A DNA stretch of 64,000 nucleotides from Azolla caroliniana (lineage: Eukaryota > Plantae > Polypodiophyta), in contig JBHGNT010000001.1 in the NCBI GenBank assembly GCA_043228905.1, positions 15,934,001-15,998,000 on the forward strand, given 5' to 3'. A program made the position numbers and the translations under genes. The notes beneath the pieces were generated by a model. The model had not been told where the DNA came from. It did not search any database and worked only from the letters and a program-made list of their open reading frames with translations. Positions 23,732 to 34,286 of the stretch are shown in pieces. Within the stretch, counting starts at the first letter, position 1. Each line of letters starts with the position of its first letter.

Positions 23732-26662
23732 TTATTGTTGTTGCTGCTCTGTTGTTGTCTGCTGTGGCGGGTCCGTTGGTGGTTGCTGCGGCTGCTCCTC
23801 CATTTGTGGCTCTGACACCGGCGTCTCCGTCGTTGCTCCCTGCGTCGTGGTGGTCTCCGGTTGACTGGTTCCCGGCTGGCCCTCAGCCGACGACGGTTCC
23901 TCCTCACTAAGGTTAACCGTTGTCGCTTCCTGTGCTTTTTCTTCCCGTACCCGGGACCGCTCGTAGCTTTCAAACTGGATTTGAGCGTCCAGCCTATCAT
24001 CGTCCAGCTGAGCTACGAGCTGCCTGACCTGCGCCAACTGTTCATCTGCCAGGACTTGGAAGTCGTCGGCCAGCTCGTCTCGTATGGCGGTGAAGTCCTC
24101 GGAAGTCAGCGTATAACAATCATCTCCTTCCTTCCGCCGGTTTGCCACATCCGCCCGTAGCAACTGGAGTTCCGCCGCGTTTTGTGCCCACTTTGTCCAC
24201 CATTTTACGGAGCTTTCATCAATCAAGTGCTTCGTCTGATTCAGCCATGCCCGGAGGATGGACTGAATCCGGCTCGTTCCCAATTGCGATTTGGTTTCTG
24301 CCGCTTGCCGTTCCTCCTTCAGTTGTTTGATGATTTTTACGTTGTCCTCCGCCTGCGCCTTGTAATGCGTCAGTTGCCTTTGGTATGTACTTTGTAATTT
24401 CTGCAATACTGTAGACGCTCTCTCTTTGTCTTCCTGCTGCTGCTTCTGGAGCTCCATCCGGACCTTCTCCGCCTCTTCCAAGCGTCTTGTATTTTCCGCC
24501 CGTTCGTCGGCGATCGCCGTTGCGGCCCCATCAACTGCCTGCTGGAGCTCGGCCATCCGTTCTTTATGCTCTATTTCCAGCCGTTTGTAGTCCCGGTGCA
24601 GGTGCTCAAAATCATTCGTCTTTTGCTTGAGCCGTGCGTTGATCTGACGACGGGCCCGGTCCTCGCGGTCCTCGCGGTCCTTCTGCTGGCGGAGCTCTTC
24701 CTTTAGCCGTTCTATCTCTGTTTCCGCCATTTTCCGCAGCTTGTCCTTTTCCTGCAGCACTTTGTCTTTCTCCTCCTTTAGCCGGTCGTACGCTTGATGG
24801 CCTTTCCGGAGGCTCTCCTCTGCCCGGCGGAGGTTCTCAGCAGTCTTCTTTAATTCGGCTTCGGCCGCCGTCTTCAATTCTCGTTCACGGCTCCTTAGCG
24901 CTTCTTGTGCGGCAAGTTCCTCTCTCAATTCTACAAGCTCCCAAACTTGCGCCGCATCTCTCGCCGGAACGGTTTCCGTTGCCGGGGTCTTATTCCAATG
25001 TACAAGTCGTTCCGTTTCATTATTCTGTACACTTACCGGAGTCACCGGTGATTGGATCCGTATTTTAGCCATCTCTGTCATGACCTGATCCAAGTCTTTT
25101 TCAAGGCACCGGATTCTGGACCGGGCCGTCTCTAGTTGTTCGGTTGTGATGAGCAACCGTTCGCTTTGCGCTCTTTCTTCCGCCTCTATATACCCCACTG
25201 CTCCGGCTATCTGTTCGCCTATCCACCGGAGCCACAGGCTACCGGTGCCTTGTTGCGCTTGCACGGAGGTTTGATAGATGGGCTCACTTGTAGAGGGGTG
25301 GTCCCGCCTGGTTGCGCCGAGTTGCAGTTCTGTTTCTGCCCGTGGACCATCCTGCTGTCTTGGTTCCCCTTGTGCTTCTTCTTGGCTGACCGAGGGAGGC
25401 TGCAGAGACCTTTCCGGCTCTGGCGGAATGGAACTTGCCGGTGTTGCCGGTGGTGTCGGGGCTTCTGTTTCCGGTTCCTTCTGCACCGGTTCTGGTTCCT
25501 TCCTTGGCGTAGGAGTCTCAGTATGGGGAGCCGGTGTTCCCTCCGTTTGAGGGTCCGAACGTTTCCCGGCTGTCTCAACGGTCCTTGCCGACGACCGTCG
25601 CTGGAGGTGCTCCGTAGGCTCCTCCTCTATTTCCTCCTCCTGAGCTCCGGCATTGAGTTTTGCCGCCAAGGGGTCCACTTCTCGATTCACCGGTCGGCGG
25701 AGTGTGACCTTTACGGGCCGTGCCGGTGGTTCCTCCTGCGCCTCTGTTGGGCGCTTCCGGCTGCCACTTCCTGCTGCCACCTGGTCTGCATCCGCCGCCT
25801 TTCCCTTACTCGCCTTAGAGGCCAACATCTGTTGCCGTTTGGAAGCCGTCCTTGGGGTGCCGTCCGGCACTCTTCCTCGCTTCTTGGGCTGGACGGTCTG
25901 AACGGGTGGCACCAGCAAGGTGAGCCACTGCGTTACGGCATGCCATATCCTTCGTCCGTCTCGGCCTTCTTTGCCGTCTTTGCCTTTGACGATCTCAATC
26001 GCCGCACACAACCCGTCTGCGATCAATACCGGCCAATCCACCTTGATCCCTTCATAGGTGGCGATGATCATCCCTGCCCGCTTCTGCGGCATGACAGGGG
26101 GTCTAGGGTACACGTGGCCGTATTCATGGAGCAAACGAGCAATTTCGCGGAACAACATATCTCCGCCGCCCTGTGTCCGGTAGCCCTTGCTGGCTAGAGA
26201 GTACTCACCAAAATACCTGATGAGTTGCTCCGGGGTTGGATTGTCGATCGTGAGTATGCCTCCCTCCGGAAGGCCTGTTAACGCTCGAATCGCCTCTGCC
26301 GTTATGACCTCTGTATCGATTTCCTTGATCACTTTGTCGGCTTCTTTGTGTGGCGGTACTTCCATCATCATCAGGAAGCCCTCGAGCCCGTGTTGCTTTA
26401 GCCATGTCTTGGCGGCTTCCGACAACGTTTGCGGGTCCATTTCTGTGTCGGGGTCGGACTGCGGTGGCGAGGATGGATGGTGATGAGAGCGGGGTTGAGA
26501 AAGAGAGAGTTCAGAAGGCAGGGGTTCTCTGTGCGCAGGTTCTCGTCTGATGATCTTGCAGCGTTTCGGTGCTTCTGTGCTCCTGGGTTCGCAAAAATAG
26601 AGGGTCTCTACGCGCAATGGTTTTTGTCTGTGCATTCTGGCGCCTTTTTCGAGTTTGTGCAT
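23732..26662 (-). CDS. Extra sense-strand ORF between pol and the 3' LTR (976 aa): globular N-terminal domain, Pro/Glu-rich linker, long coiled coil, Gln/Thr-rich tail
   Basis: Uninterrupted ORF with homologous copies at 1-620 and 45200-46563. An alternative start is MDPQ at 26440. No evident transmembrane segment. Confidence 0.85.
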   Translation of the reverse strand: MHKLEKGARMHRQKPLRVETLYFCEPRSTEAPKRCKIIRREPAHREPLPSELSLSQPRSHHHPSSPPQSDPDTEMDPQTLSEAAKTWLKQHGLEGFLMMMEVPPHKEADKVIKEIDTEVITAEAIRALTGLPEGGILTIDNPTPEQLIRYFGEYSLASKGYRTQGGGDMLFREIARLLHEYGHVYPRPPVMPQKRAGMIIATYEGIKVDWPVLIADGLCAAIEIVKGKDGKEGRDGRRIWHAVTQWLTLLVPPVQTVQPKKRGRVPDGTPRTASKRQQMLASKASKGKAADADQVAAGSGSRKRPTEAQEEPPARPVKVTLRRPVNREVDPLAAKLNAGAQEEEIEEEPTEHLQRRSSARTVETAGKRSDPQTEGTPAPHTETPTPRKEPEPVQKEPETEAPTPPATPASSIPPEPERSLQPPSVSQEEAQGEPRQQDGPRAETELQLGATRRDHPSTSEPIYQTSVQAQQGTGSLWLRWIGEQIAGAVGYIEAEERAQSERLLITTEQLETARSRIRCLEKDLDQVMTEMAKIRIQSPVTPVSVQNNETERLVHWNKTPATETVPARDAAQVWELVELREELAAQEALRSRERELKTAAEAELKKTAENLRRAEESLRKGHQAYDRLKEEKDKVLQEKDKLRKMAETEIERLKEELRQQKDREDREDRARRQINARLKQKTNDFEHLHRDYKRLEIEHKERMAELQQAVDGAATAIADERAENTRRLEEAEKVRMELQKQQQEDKERASTVLQKLQSTYQRQLTHYKAQAEDNVKIIKQLKEERQAAETKSQLGTSRIQSILRAWLNQTKHLIDESSVKWWTKWAQNAAELQLLRADVANRRKEGDDCYTLTSEDFTAIRDELADDFQVLADEQLAQVRQLVAQLDDDRLDAQIQFESYERSRVREEKAQEATTVNLSEEEPSSAEGQPGTSQPETTTTQGATTETPVSEPQMEEQPQQPPTDPPQQTTTEQQQQ

Positions 26663-28936
26663 GTCGCGTACTTAAAATAGCATTATGTCCTGTGGTGGCG
26701 CTTTAAATGCCCACTACTCACCTTTTCGCTCCACGCTCTTTCATCCATTCATTCCTCGCTTTTGCATGATTGTTTTTTTTTTTTCTGTTATTATTATTAT
26801 TACTGTGACGTCACATGTCCGTTGGTCCTCCCGGACCCTTACCAGCCACATTCTCTCCGGTTACCGGCTTGCCGTCACTGCTGTCTTCGTGGTTGCCGTC
26901 GGTCCTTTGCTCAAACGGGTTCTTAGGCATCGGTCCTCTATATGCCTTTAACCGGAATCCATTCACCCATTTGCCCAGCACTTCGCCGGCAAGTGTCCCC
27001 AACTGGTAGGACCCATTATACTCCCGTGTTAGCCAATATGGTCCGGTCCATCTAAACCTTAGTTTACCCGGCATCTTGCCCATCCGGGTTTGGAATACTA
27101 GCACTGGTTTGCCAATTTCGAACATTTTTTCGTTACCTTTCCTGTGCCGGTCGACGAATGCTTTCCGTCGCCGTTGCTCTAATTCTAAATGTAGGATGCT
27201 GGCCAACCGTTATTCCTCCAGCTCACACAACGCTGTCAACCTTATTGTCTCCGACTTCTTCTCGTTCAACCGTTCTCGTAGCTGAATCCGTAAGCTAGGT
27301 ACTTGAAATTCTACCGGCATGACCGCCTCGAGTCCGAACGCCAACCGGAAAGGTGTTGTTCGGATGCTTGTTTTGTATGCTGTCCGGTATGCCCAAAGCG
27401 CGCTATGTAGCTTTGTGTCTCAATCCGTCCGGTTCTCGTTGAAGATCTTCCGAAGGATGTTCTGGAGCGTCTTGTTTGTTGATTCCGCTAATCCGTTCGC
27501 CTGTGGATAGTAAGGTGTGCTTCGTTTGTGGACAACGGCATAGAAGGTCGTTAGGCTTTCCACCACTTGTCCGAGAAAGTGCCCCCCTTGGTCACTTATC
27601 AATTCAATGGGGCATCCGTAACGGCACCAGATGTACTCATATAGAAACTTTGTCGTTGACGCAGCGGTGTTATCCCGTAAAGCTTTGGCCTCCACCCATT
27701 TTGTGCAGTAATCCGTAGCAATGATAACGTACCGATTACCCGTTCTCATTGTCGGTGGCTTGAACGGTCCTACAAAGTCCAGCCCCCACTTTTGGAATGG
27801 CTCGAGTGGTAGTACCGGCTGGTGTGGCATACGAGCCTGCTCCGTTGGCTGGCCCATTCTCTGGCATAGGTCACATTCTTTTGCGTACCTTACCGCATCT
27901 CTTAATGTCGTTGGCCACCATAGGCCACTTTGCCATATTTTTCTGGCTGTCGCATCTCCGGCATAGTGACCTCCCGCAACTCCGCAGTGGGCTTCCCTCA
28001 GTATCAGTTCCTTTTCATCGCTGCGCACCGCCCGTCTCCATATGCCGTTACCTCCCTTGTGGTACAGTGTGTCTTGCAGTAAGCAGAAATGTCGGCTTTG
28101 TACCGCCAGGTGTTTCCGTTCGTCCCGGTTCAGCTCTTCCAGAGGCAGTCCTGTGCTCAGAAACTGGTGCATATTTGTGAGCCACTTGTCTTCCTGGGCC
28201 ACTGTCTCATCTGCTGCCGTCTCCGTAGTGATTCGAAACAGCTCCGCATCCGGAAAGTCATCCGGTACTCCGTCACCCGTCTCTCCGGACTCCAATCGGC
28301 TTAAGTAATCTGCTACGACATGCTGTATACCGGGTCGGTGGAATATTTCAAACTCGAACTCCTGTAACAGTAAGGTCCACCGGGCCAATTTGCCGGTGAG
28401 TGACGCCTTGGACACCAGGTAAAGGAGTGCTTAATGATCTACATGGAAGGAAAACTTCCTTCCCAATAAATAGTGCTGAAACTTTGTCACACTGTAGATC
28501 GTTCCTAGAGCTTCCCGTTCCGTAGTAGAGTAGTTCCGTTCTGCTTGGGATAGCTTCCGGCTGGCATAGTACACTGGCCGGTACCTCTTTGGTTCCGTAA
28601 GCTGCATCAGTACGCTTCCGATTGCGATGTCGGAGGCGTCCACGAACACGTGAAATTCTTTACTCCAATCCGGAGGTTGTACTACTGGTGCCTGCGACAA
28701 TAGTACCTTGAGGGCCTTATACGCCCAATCCTCAGTATCAGTCCACTGGAATGGTGTCCGATGTATGGCGGCATGCAACGGTGTAGCCAGGTCGGTCAAG
28801 TATTGGAGCATCCGGCTGTGCCACCGGATCTGGCCTAAGAACTGGCTCAATGCCTTTGCCGTTGCCGGCGCCAGTGCTTCTAATATGGCTTTCACTTTGT
28901 CCGGGTTGACTGCTATACCTTCCTGGCTTACGATAT

Positions 28937-31900
28937 TGTTGGAAGCAATGTCGTCTGTGCGGAAGATCGAGAAGCACTCGATTCCTGTTTATTCCCTGTG
29001 TATGACAGAATGTAGGTCGTTGCACAGAGAGAGAGAGAGAGAGAGAGACACAAAAGACTTTCTATTACACAAAGCAACAATACAACAGCCAACCTTACAA
29101 AGAGGTTACAAGGTCACTATATATAGTGACCGACTTAGGGCAACTACCCTTTATGCTAATTACATAAATGGCCAAAACGGGATAGTGTGAATACGTCCAT
29201 TATACACATGTATTCGACACTCCCCCGTAATGGGCGTATACATGGGTTATCTAAGATTACAGGTATAGACTTAGGTTCTCGGACATATCAGCTTTGTTCG
29301 AGTCGGCAGGATCCGAAGACAGAAGACCGAACTGGTCGGGTCGGAACAGTTGAAGCCGATCATTAAGGAGCTGATGTCGGTTGTCGGGGACCATCCTGCT
29401 CTGTGTCCGGCTCTAACCGGACTGGTTTGTCGTTACGCCCATCTGATGCCGAAGAGACCGAAAACGGTCTGCCGAGAGACATTTGGTCATTCCATCTGCG
29501 ACATTATCGGTTGTAGATATTTTCTCTAGACCGATTTTCCCTGAAATGACGCAGTCCCGAACGAAGTGATATCGAACGTCGATATGTTTGGAGGCGTTGT
29601 GGTGAACCGGATTTTTCGACAAGGCAACAGCACCTTGACTGTCGCTGTAGACAACTGGAGCCGAGTCATGTTCGACTTGTCGAAACGTGTGCGCCAGCCG
29701 ACCGAGCCACAAAGCTTCTTTTGCCGCGTCGGACGCAGCTACATATTCTGCTTCGGTCGTTGAGGTCGCTGTGCACTCCTGAAGTTTCGACTTCCACGAG
29801 ATTGCTCCATTGCCGAATTTGAAGCAGTATCCGGTTGTTGATTTCCGACTGTCTATACAGCCGGCGAAGTCCGAGTCGGTGTAACCGACTACGCCTGAGG
29901 TTCGGTTCGGTCCGAAAAGAATGCCATGGTCTTTTGTGCCAACCAGATATCTGAACACATGCTTGACTGCGTTCCAATGCGATCGGCCAGGGTTGTGCAT
30001 AAATCTGCTAACGACTCCTACGGCATGAGAGATGTCAGGCCGTGTCGCGACCATCAGGTACATAAGGGAGCCGACTGCCGGTGCATACGGTACCGACTTC
30101 ATATCTTCCCCCTCCGAACCGGATGTCGGGCAGTCTCGCTGAGAGAGCCGAAGATTCATGGGGAGCGGGGTTGAAGCAGATTTGGCTGATTGCATGTTGA
30201 AGCGTTCCAAGACACGTCCGATATAGTCGGTCTGAGACAAAAAAAGATGTCGTTTATCGCGATGCCGACTAATTTTCATGCCAAGGATGTGTCGTGCCGG
30301 ACCGAGGTCCTTCATGGCAAACTTCAACCGCAGTTGCCGAACTAGATCGGAAAGTTCGCCCGCGTGGCGTCCAGAAATTAGCATGTCGTCCACGTAAATG
30401 ATGAGGAAGATGGGTGATCCATCTCGAGCTGTGTTGGTGAAGAGACAATGGTCCTCATCGCTTTTGGAGAAGCCGATTGATTGGATGAAGTCGTCGAACT
30501 TCTTGTACCATTGTCGCGGTGCCTGTTTGAGGCCGTATAGACTCTTCCTGAGTCGGCAGACTAGATGTTCTTGGCCAGTTGCCACGAAGCCTTTTGGCTG
30601 CTCCATATAAATTTCCTCCTCGAGATCACCATGGAGGAAGGCTGTTTTGACATCTAGCTGAATCAGCTCCAAGTTGTCGGCTGCCACGACGCCGAGCAGA
30701 AGACGAAGGGTTGTCATTTTCACCACTGGTGAAAAAATCTCGTCGAAGTCGACGCCATATTCTTGTCGGAAGCCCTTCGCAACTAATCTGGCCTTGTACT
30801 TTGGGGTGGTCGAATCAGACGTCTCTTTTAGTCGATAAACCCACTTGCAAGGAAGAGCACGTCGGTTCCTAGGTAATTCGACCAGATCCCAAGTCTTGTT
30901 TGCCCGGATGGAGTGCATTTCCGACTCCATCGCCAGATGCCAGGTGGCCGAATCGACAGATGTCGATGCTTCTTCGTAAGACGTCGGTTCGCCGGCGTCG
31001 GTGAAGAAAATTCCAGGAGAATACCTCTCCGGAGGTTGCGACAGTCTCTCGGATCGTCGAGGTATGATTGGACTGGTCGCATCGGGTATCGTGGTCGGAT
31101 GGTCCGAAACCGAATCATTCGGCTGTGCCGAGTCAGAGTTGTCCGAGTCGGTAGTATAAGGGTCAGCTACCCGTGAAGCTGACCGTGTGTTGAGAGCGGG
31201 GCCTTCTTGAAGGGTCGGCACATCGGAGAATGTTACCCTTCGGACTTCGATCGGTTTGTCGACCGATGGATTCATAGCCGACTCGTTGAACACAACGTCC
31301 GAACTTCGAACGATTTGTCTGCGTTCGGGGTCCCAGAGTCGGTATCCCATTTCGCCGTCTGATCCATATCCAAGGAAAATGCATTTCCTGGACCGAGGTG
31401 CAAGTTTTCGGCGATCATCTTTCGGAATAAGGGCGTACGCCTCGCATCCGAAGATCCTCAGCTTGTCGTAATTCGGCTTGCTGCCGATCCATAATTCCTG
31501 AGGAATTTGAAGTCCTAGAGGTCTACTTGGCGACATATTGATTATGTGTACTGCCGTGAGTAGAGCCTCTGCCCAGAAGCCATCCGACAGTCCGGAGTGT
31601 TGGAGCATGGAAACTGTCCGTTCTTGGATTGTCCGATTCATTCGTTCTGCAATCCCGTTTTGCTCCGGACTGTGTGGTGCCGTAAGTTCACGTCGGATGC
31701 CGCGTTGTCGGTAGAATTTGACGAATTCTTCGGATTTAAACTCTCCCCCATTGTCTGTCCGAAAGCATTTCAGCTTTCGGTCGGTTTGATTTTCCACCAT
31801 AGCGAGCCAATCTGAAAAGATCGAGAAGACACGATCTTTGGTGCGAATTGGATACGCCCACACCTTTCGAGTCGAGTCGTCAATGAAAGTGACGAAGTAA

Positions 31901-34286
31901 GATGCACCGCCTAGAGACTGATGCGGCATTGGGCCGCAGACGTCCGAGTGGACCAAATCGAGAGGTCTCGTTTCTCTTGGTGCTGATGTCGGGTGTGATG
32001 CGGCGGCTTGTTTGCCATACTGGCAATGCTCGCAGAATTGATGGTCGGAGAAGGAGAGTTTGGGGATGTATCCGGCTCTAGATAGATGCGTGATGCCGGC
32101 CTTGCTGAGGTGTCCCAATCGTCGGTGCCATAGTGATGACACAGGAATATCCACCAAAAACAGGTTACCCTCTCTGAGCGTAACATGTAACGGATACAGT
32201 GAGTGTATCTTGGGTCCTCTAGCAAGCAGGAGGTTCCCCCTGTGGAGTGTCCACCCTCCCGAAGAGAAACCGGCACGAATGCCGTCTTCATCTAGTTGTC
32301 CGACTGAGATCAATGGCCTTGAGAGCTCGGGTACATGTCGGACATTGTGGAGTACAAGTGTAGAGCCACCTGCAAGGTTGAGCTCTACTGTGCCGATTCC
32401 GATGATGTCACAGTGTTGTGAGTTGCCGACCCGAACTGAGTCGGAGTGACGGATCGTATATTGCCGAAATTGGGATCGATGAGGAGTCACGTGAAATGAC
32501 GCGCCCGAATCTAAGAGCCATGTGCTCGATTCTTCAGTCGTGAGCAGAACTTCTGAGCCGACTGGATTTTCGATTGATAGTATATTCGGGTCGTCTGGTA
32601 GCACATCAGCTGAGAAGCTGACGTAATTGATCTCCTCATGCCGGCCACTCTTCTTGTTGTTCTTGTTCTTGAGTGCGCGGCAGTCGGCTTTGATGTGTCC
32701 GGGTTTCTTGCAATAGTTGCAGATTCGGTTATCCCGTGACTGGCTCCGTCTTCGCTGATTGTTCGGCGGTCGTGAGGAATCTCTTCCTCGTATGTTTGAT
32801 CGGTCTGTCGAACCTTGTACTACGTAGGCGTCGTCTGTTGAGTCTTTGGCGAAAGACTTTCTCCGAGCTGCTTCGGTCAGGATTGCGCTCGTGACTTCGG
32901 AGTATTTAACAGCCGTGGTTGACGCGTTGCACACGGTTGTGACGAAAGTTTCCCATGATGGGGGAAGACTGCTCATGAGTATCATTGCTCTGAGTTCATC
33001 CTCGATTGCCGTCCCCTGTGACGAGATTTGGGAGCTTATGCTTTCGTACTCATTGAGGTGTGCTTGGACCGAGTCGGATTCTTTCATCCGCAAGTTGTAG
33101 AGGCGCCGGATCAGAAACATTTTCGTTGCGGCGACCTTCTTTTCGTAAGTGTCCGACAGTGTTTTCCACAGTTCGAATGCTGTTGTACACGATTGCACCG
33201 TGAAGTATACCGATTCCGATAGGTGCATCCGAATCGTGGCGCGGACGATTCTGTCCAGCTTCTGCCACTCAATTGGTTTGTATCCTTCTGGAGGTTCTTC
33301 ATTTTCGATGGGATCGATTTGCCCCTTGACTATGAGATAGTCCTGCATTTGTTCCTTCCAGAAGTTGAAGTTCGATCCATCGAACTTGCGTAGACTCATT
33401 TCTGACGAGCCGGATGTTGATGCCATCAAATTCGGTTTCGTTTGACGAAGCTCGGTTCGGAGTTGACTACGAACCTTGTTGGAGTGCAGCCGGTAGGCTC
33501 ACCCGATATCGTTCTAGTCGAATTTGAACCCGAGTCGGTTCGGCTTCGGAACTTGCTCGAATTGACTCCGGTAGCTTGAGGGACAGAGCCGACTGGTCTT
33601 CCCGAATGTTGCCGAGTCGGAGTGAGCCCGGTTCGCTTCGGATATATATGCCGAATACCGATTATTAAAACCGATTATCTGGGCCGATTTTGCTTCGGTT
33701 GACTGCAGCGACGAGAGAGATGGATCCGACTGATCCTCCCGAATGTCGATCAGCCAGATGAAGCACGAATTTGGGTTGTTGTCAAAGTTGCACAAGGGGA
33801 TTTCACCTCGAGCGGTTACGATCACAAGGGACAGAGTACGACCTGCTGGCTTACTCCAAGCAAGAGGATCTAACGCAATGAGATGCAAACCTGGTTTTTT
33901 TTTTCTTCTTCTCTCTTCTTCGAATGACGCAGGAAACCGAATGCAGAGACGACGGCCGACAGCGGATTGAAGGACCGACTACTGTGCAGGCTCTGATACC
34001 AGATGTTGGAAGCAATGTCGTCTGTGCGGAAGATCGAGAAGCACTCGATTCCTGTTTATTCCCTGTGTATGACAGAATGTAGGTCGTTGCACAGAGAGAG
34101 AGAGAGAGAGAGAGACACAAAAGACTTTCTATTACACAAAGCAACAATACAACAGCCAACCTTACAAAGAGGTTACAAGGTCACTATATATAGTGACCGA
34201 CTTAGGGCAACTACCCTTTATGCTAATTACATAAATGGCCAAAACGGGATAGTGTGAATACGTCCATTATACACATGTATTCGACA
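28937..34286 (-). mobile_element. Intact young Ty1/copia element (Tnt1/Tork-like)
   Basis: 283-bp LTRs at 28937-29219 and 34004-34286, identical by eye. TSD GATAT on both sides, PBS TGGTATCAGAGC at 33990-34001, PPT GGGGGAG at 29220-29226. Confidence 0.97.
29413..33426 (-). CDS. Copia gag-pol polyprotein (gag, CCHC, PR, INT, RT, RH), about 1337 aa, uninterrupted
   Basis: Motifs CNYCKKPGHIKADC, WLLDSGASFH, RTDNGGEF, YVDDML and YTDSDFAG...KHIDVRYHF. ATG at 33426. Confidence 0.96.
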   Translation of the reverse strand: MASTSGSSEMSLRKFDGSNFNFWKEQMQDYLIVKGQIDPIENEEPPEGYKPIEWQKLDRIVRATIRMHLSESVYFTVQSCTTAFELWKTLSDTYEKKVAATKMFLIRRLYNLRMKESDSVQAHLNEYESISSQISSQGTAIEDELRAMILMSSLPPSWETFVTTVCNASTTAVKYSEVTSAILTEAARRKSFAKDSTDDAYVVQGSTDRSNIRGRDSSRPPNNQRRRSQSRDNRICNYCKKPGHIKADCRALKNKNNKKSGRHEEINYVSFSADVLPDDPNILSIENPVGSEVLLTTEESSTWLLDSGASFHVTPHRSQFRQYTIRHSDSVRVGNSQHCDIIGIGTVELNLAGGSTLVLHNVRHVPELSRPLISVGQLDEDGIRAGFSSGGWTLHRGNLLLARGPKIHSLYPLHVTLREGNLFLVDIPVSSLWHRRLGHLSKAGITHLSRAGYIPKLSFSDHQFCEHCQYGKQAAASHPTSAPRETRPLDLVHSDVCGPMPHQSLGGASYFVTFIDDSTRKVWAYPIRTKDRVFSIFSDWLAMVENQTDRKLKCFRTDNGGEFKSEEFVKFYRQRGIRRELTAPHSPEQNGIAERMNRTIQERTVSMLQHSGLSDGFWAEALLTAVHIINMSPSRPLGLQIPQELWIGSKPNYDKLRIFGCEAYALIPKDDRRKLAPRSRKCIFLGYGSDGEMGYRLWDPERRQIVRSSDVVFNESAMNPSVDKPIEVRRVTFSDVPTLQEGPALNTRSASRVADPYTTDSDNSDSAQPNDSVSDHPTTIPDATSPIIPRRSERLSQPPERYSPGIFFTDAGEPTSYEEASTSVDSATWHLAMESEMHSIRANKTWDLVELPRNRRALPCKWVYRLKETSDSTTPKYKARLVAKGFRQEYGVDFDEIFSPVVKMTTLRLLLGVVAADNLELIQLDVKTAFLHGDLEEEIYMEQPKGFVATGQEHLVCRLRKSLYGLKQAPRQWYKKFDDFIQSIGFSKSDEDHCLFTNTARDGSPIFLIIYVDDMLISGRHAGELSDLVRQLRLKFAMKDLGPARHILGMKISRHRDKRHLFLSQTDYIGRVLERFNMQSAKSASTPLPMNLRLSQRDCPTSGSEGEDMKSVPYAPAVGSLMYLMVATRPDISHAVGVVSRFMHNPGRSHWNAVKHVFRYLVGTKDHGILFGPNRTSGVVGYTDSDFAGCIDSRKSTTGYCFKFGNGAISWKSKLQECTATSTTEAEYVAASDAAKEALWLGRLAHTFRQVEHDSAPVVYSDSQGAVALSKNPVHHNASKHIDVRYHFVRDCVISGKIGLEKISTTDNVADGMTKCLSADRFRSLRHQMGVTTNQSG

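Noticed and set aside
25136-26197. 353-aa plus-strand ORF and similar long antisense ORFs (36024-36797, 13065-13715, 62987-63499)
   Set aside because: These are shadow frames opposite real TE ORFs, with no recognisable motifs.
23732-26662. Envelope gene or host SMC/myosin-like gene
   Set aside because: No signal peptide or TM helix is evident. The ORF lies inside the LTR-bounded element and recurs in three copies, and coiled-coil resemblance is non-specific.
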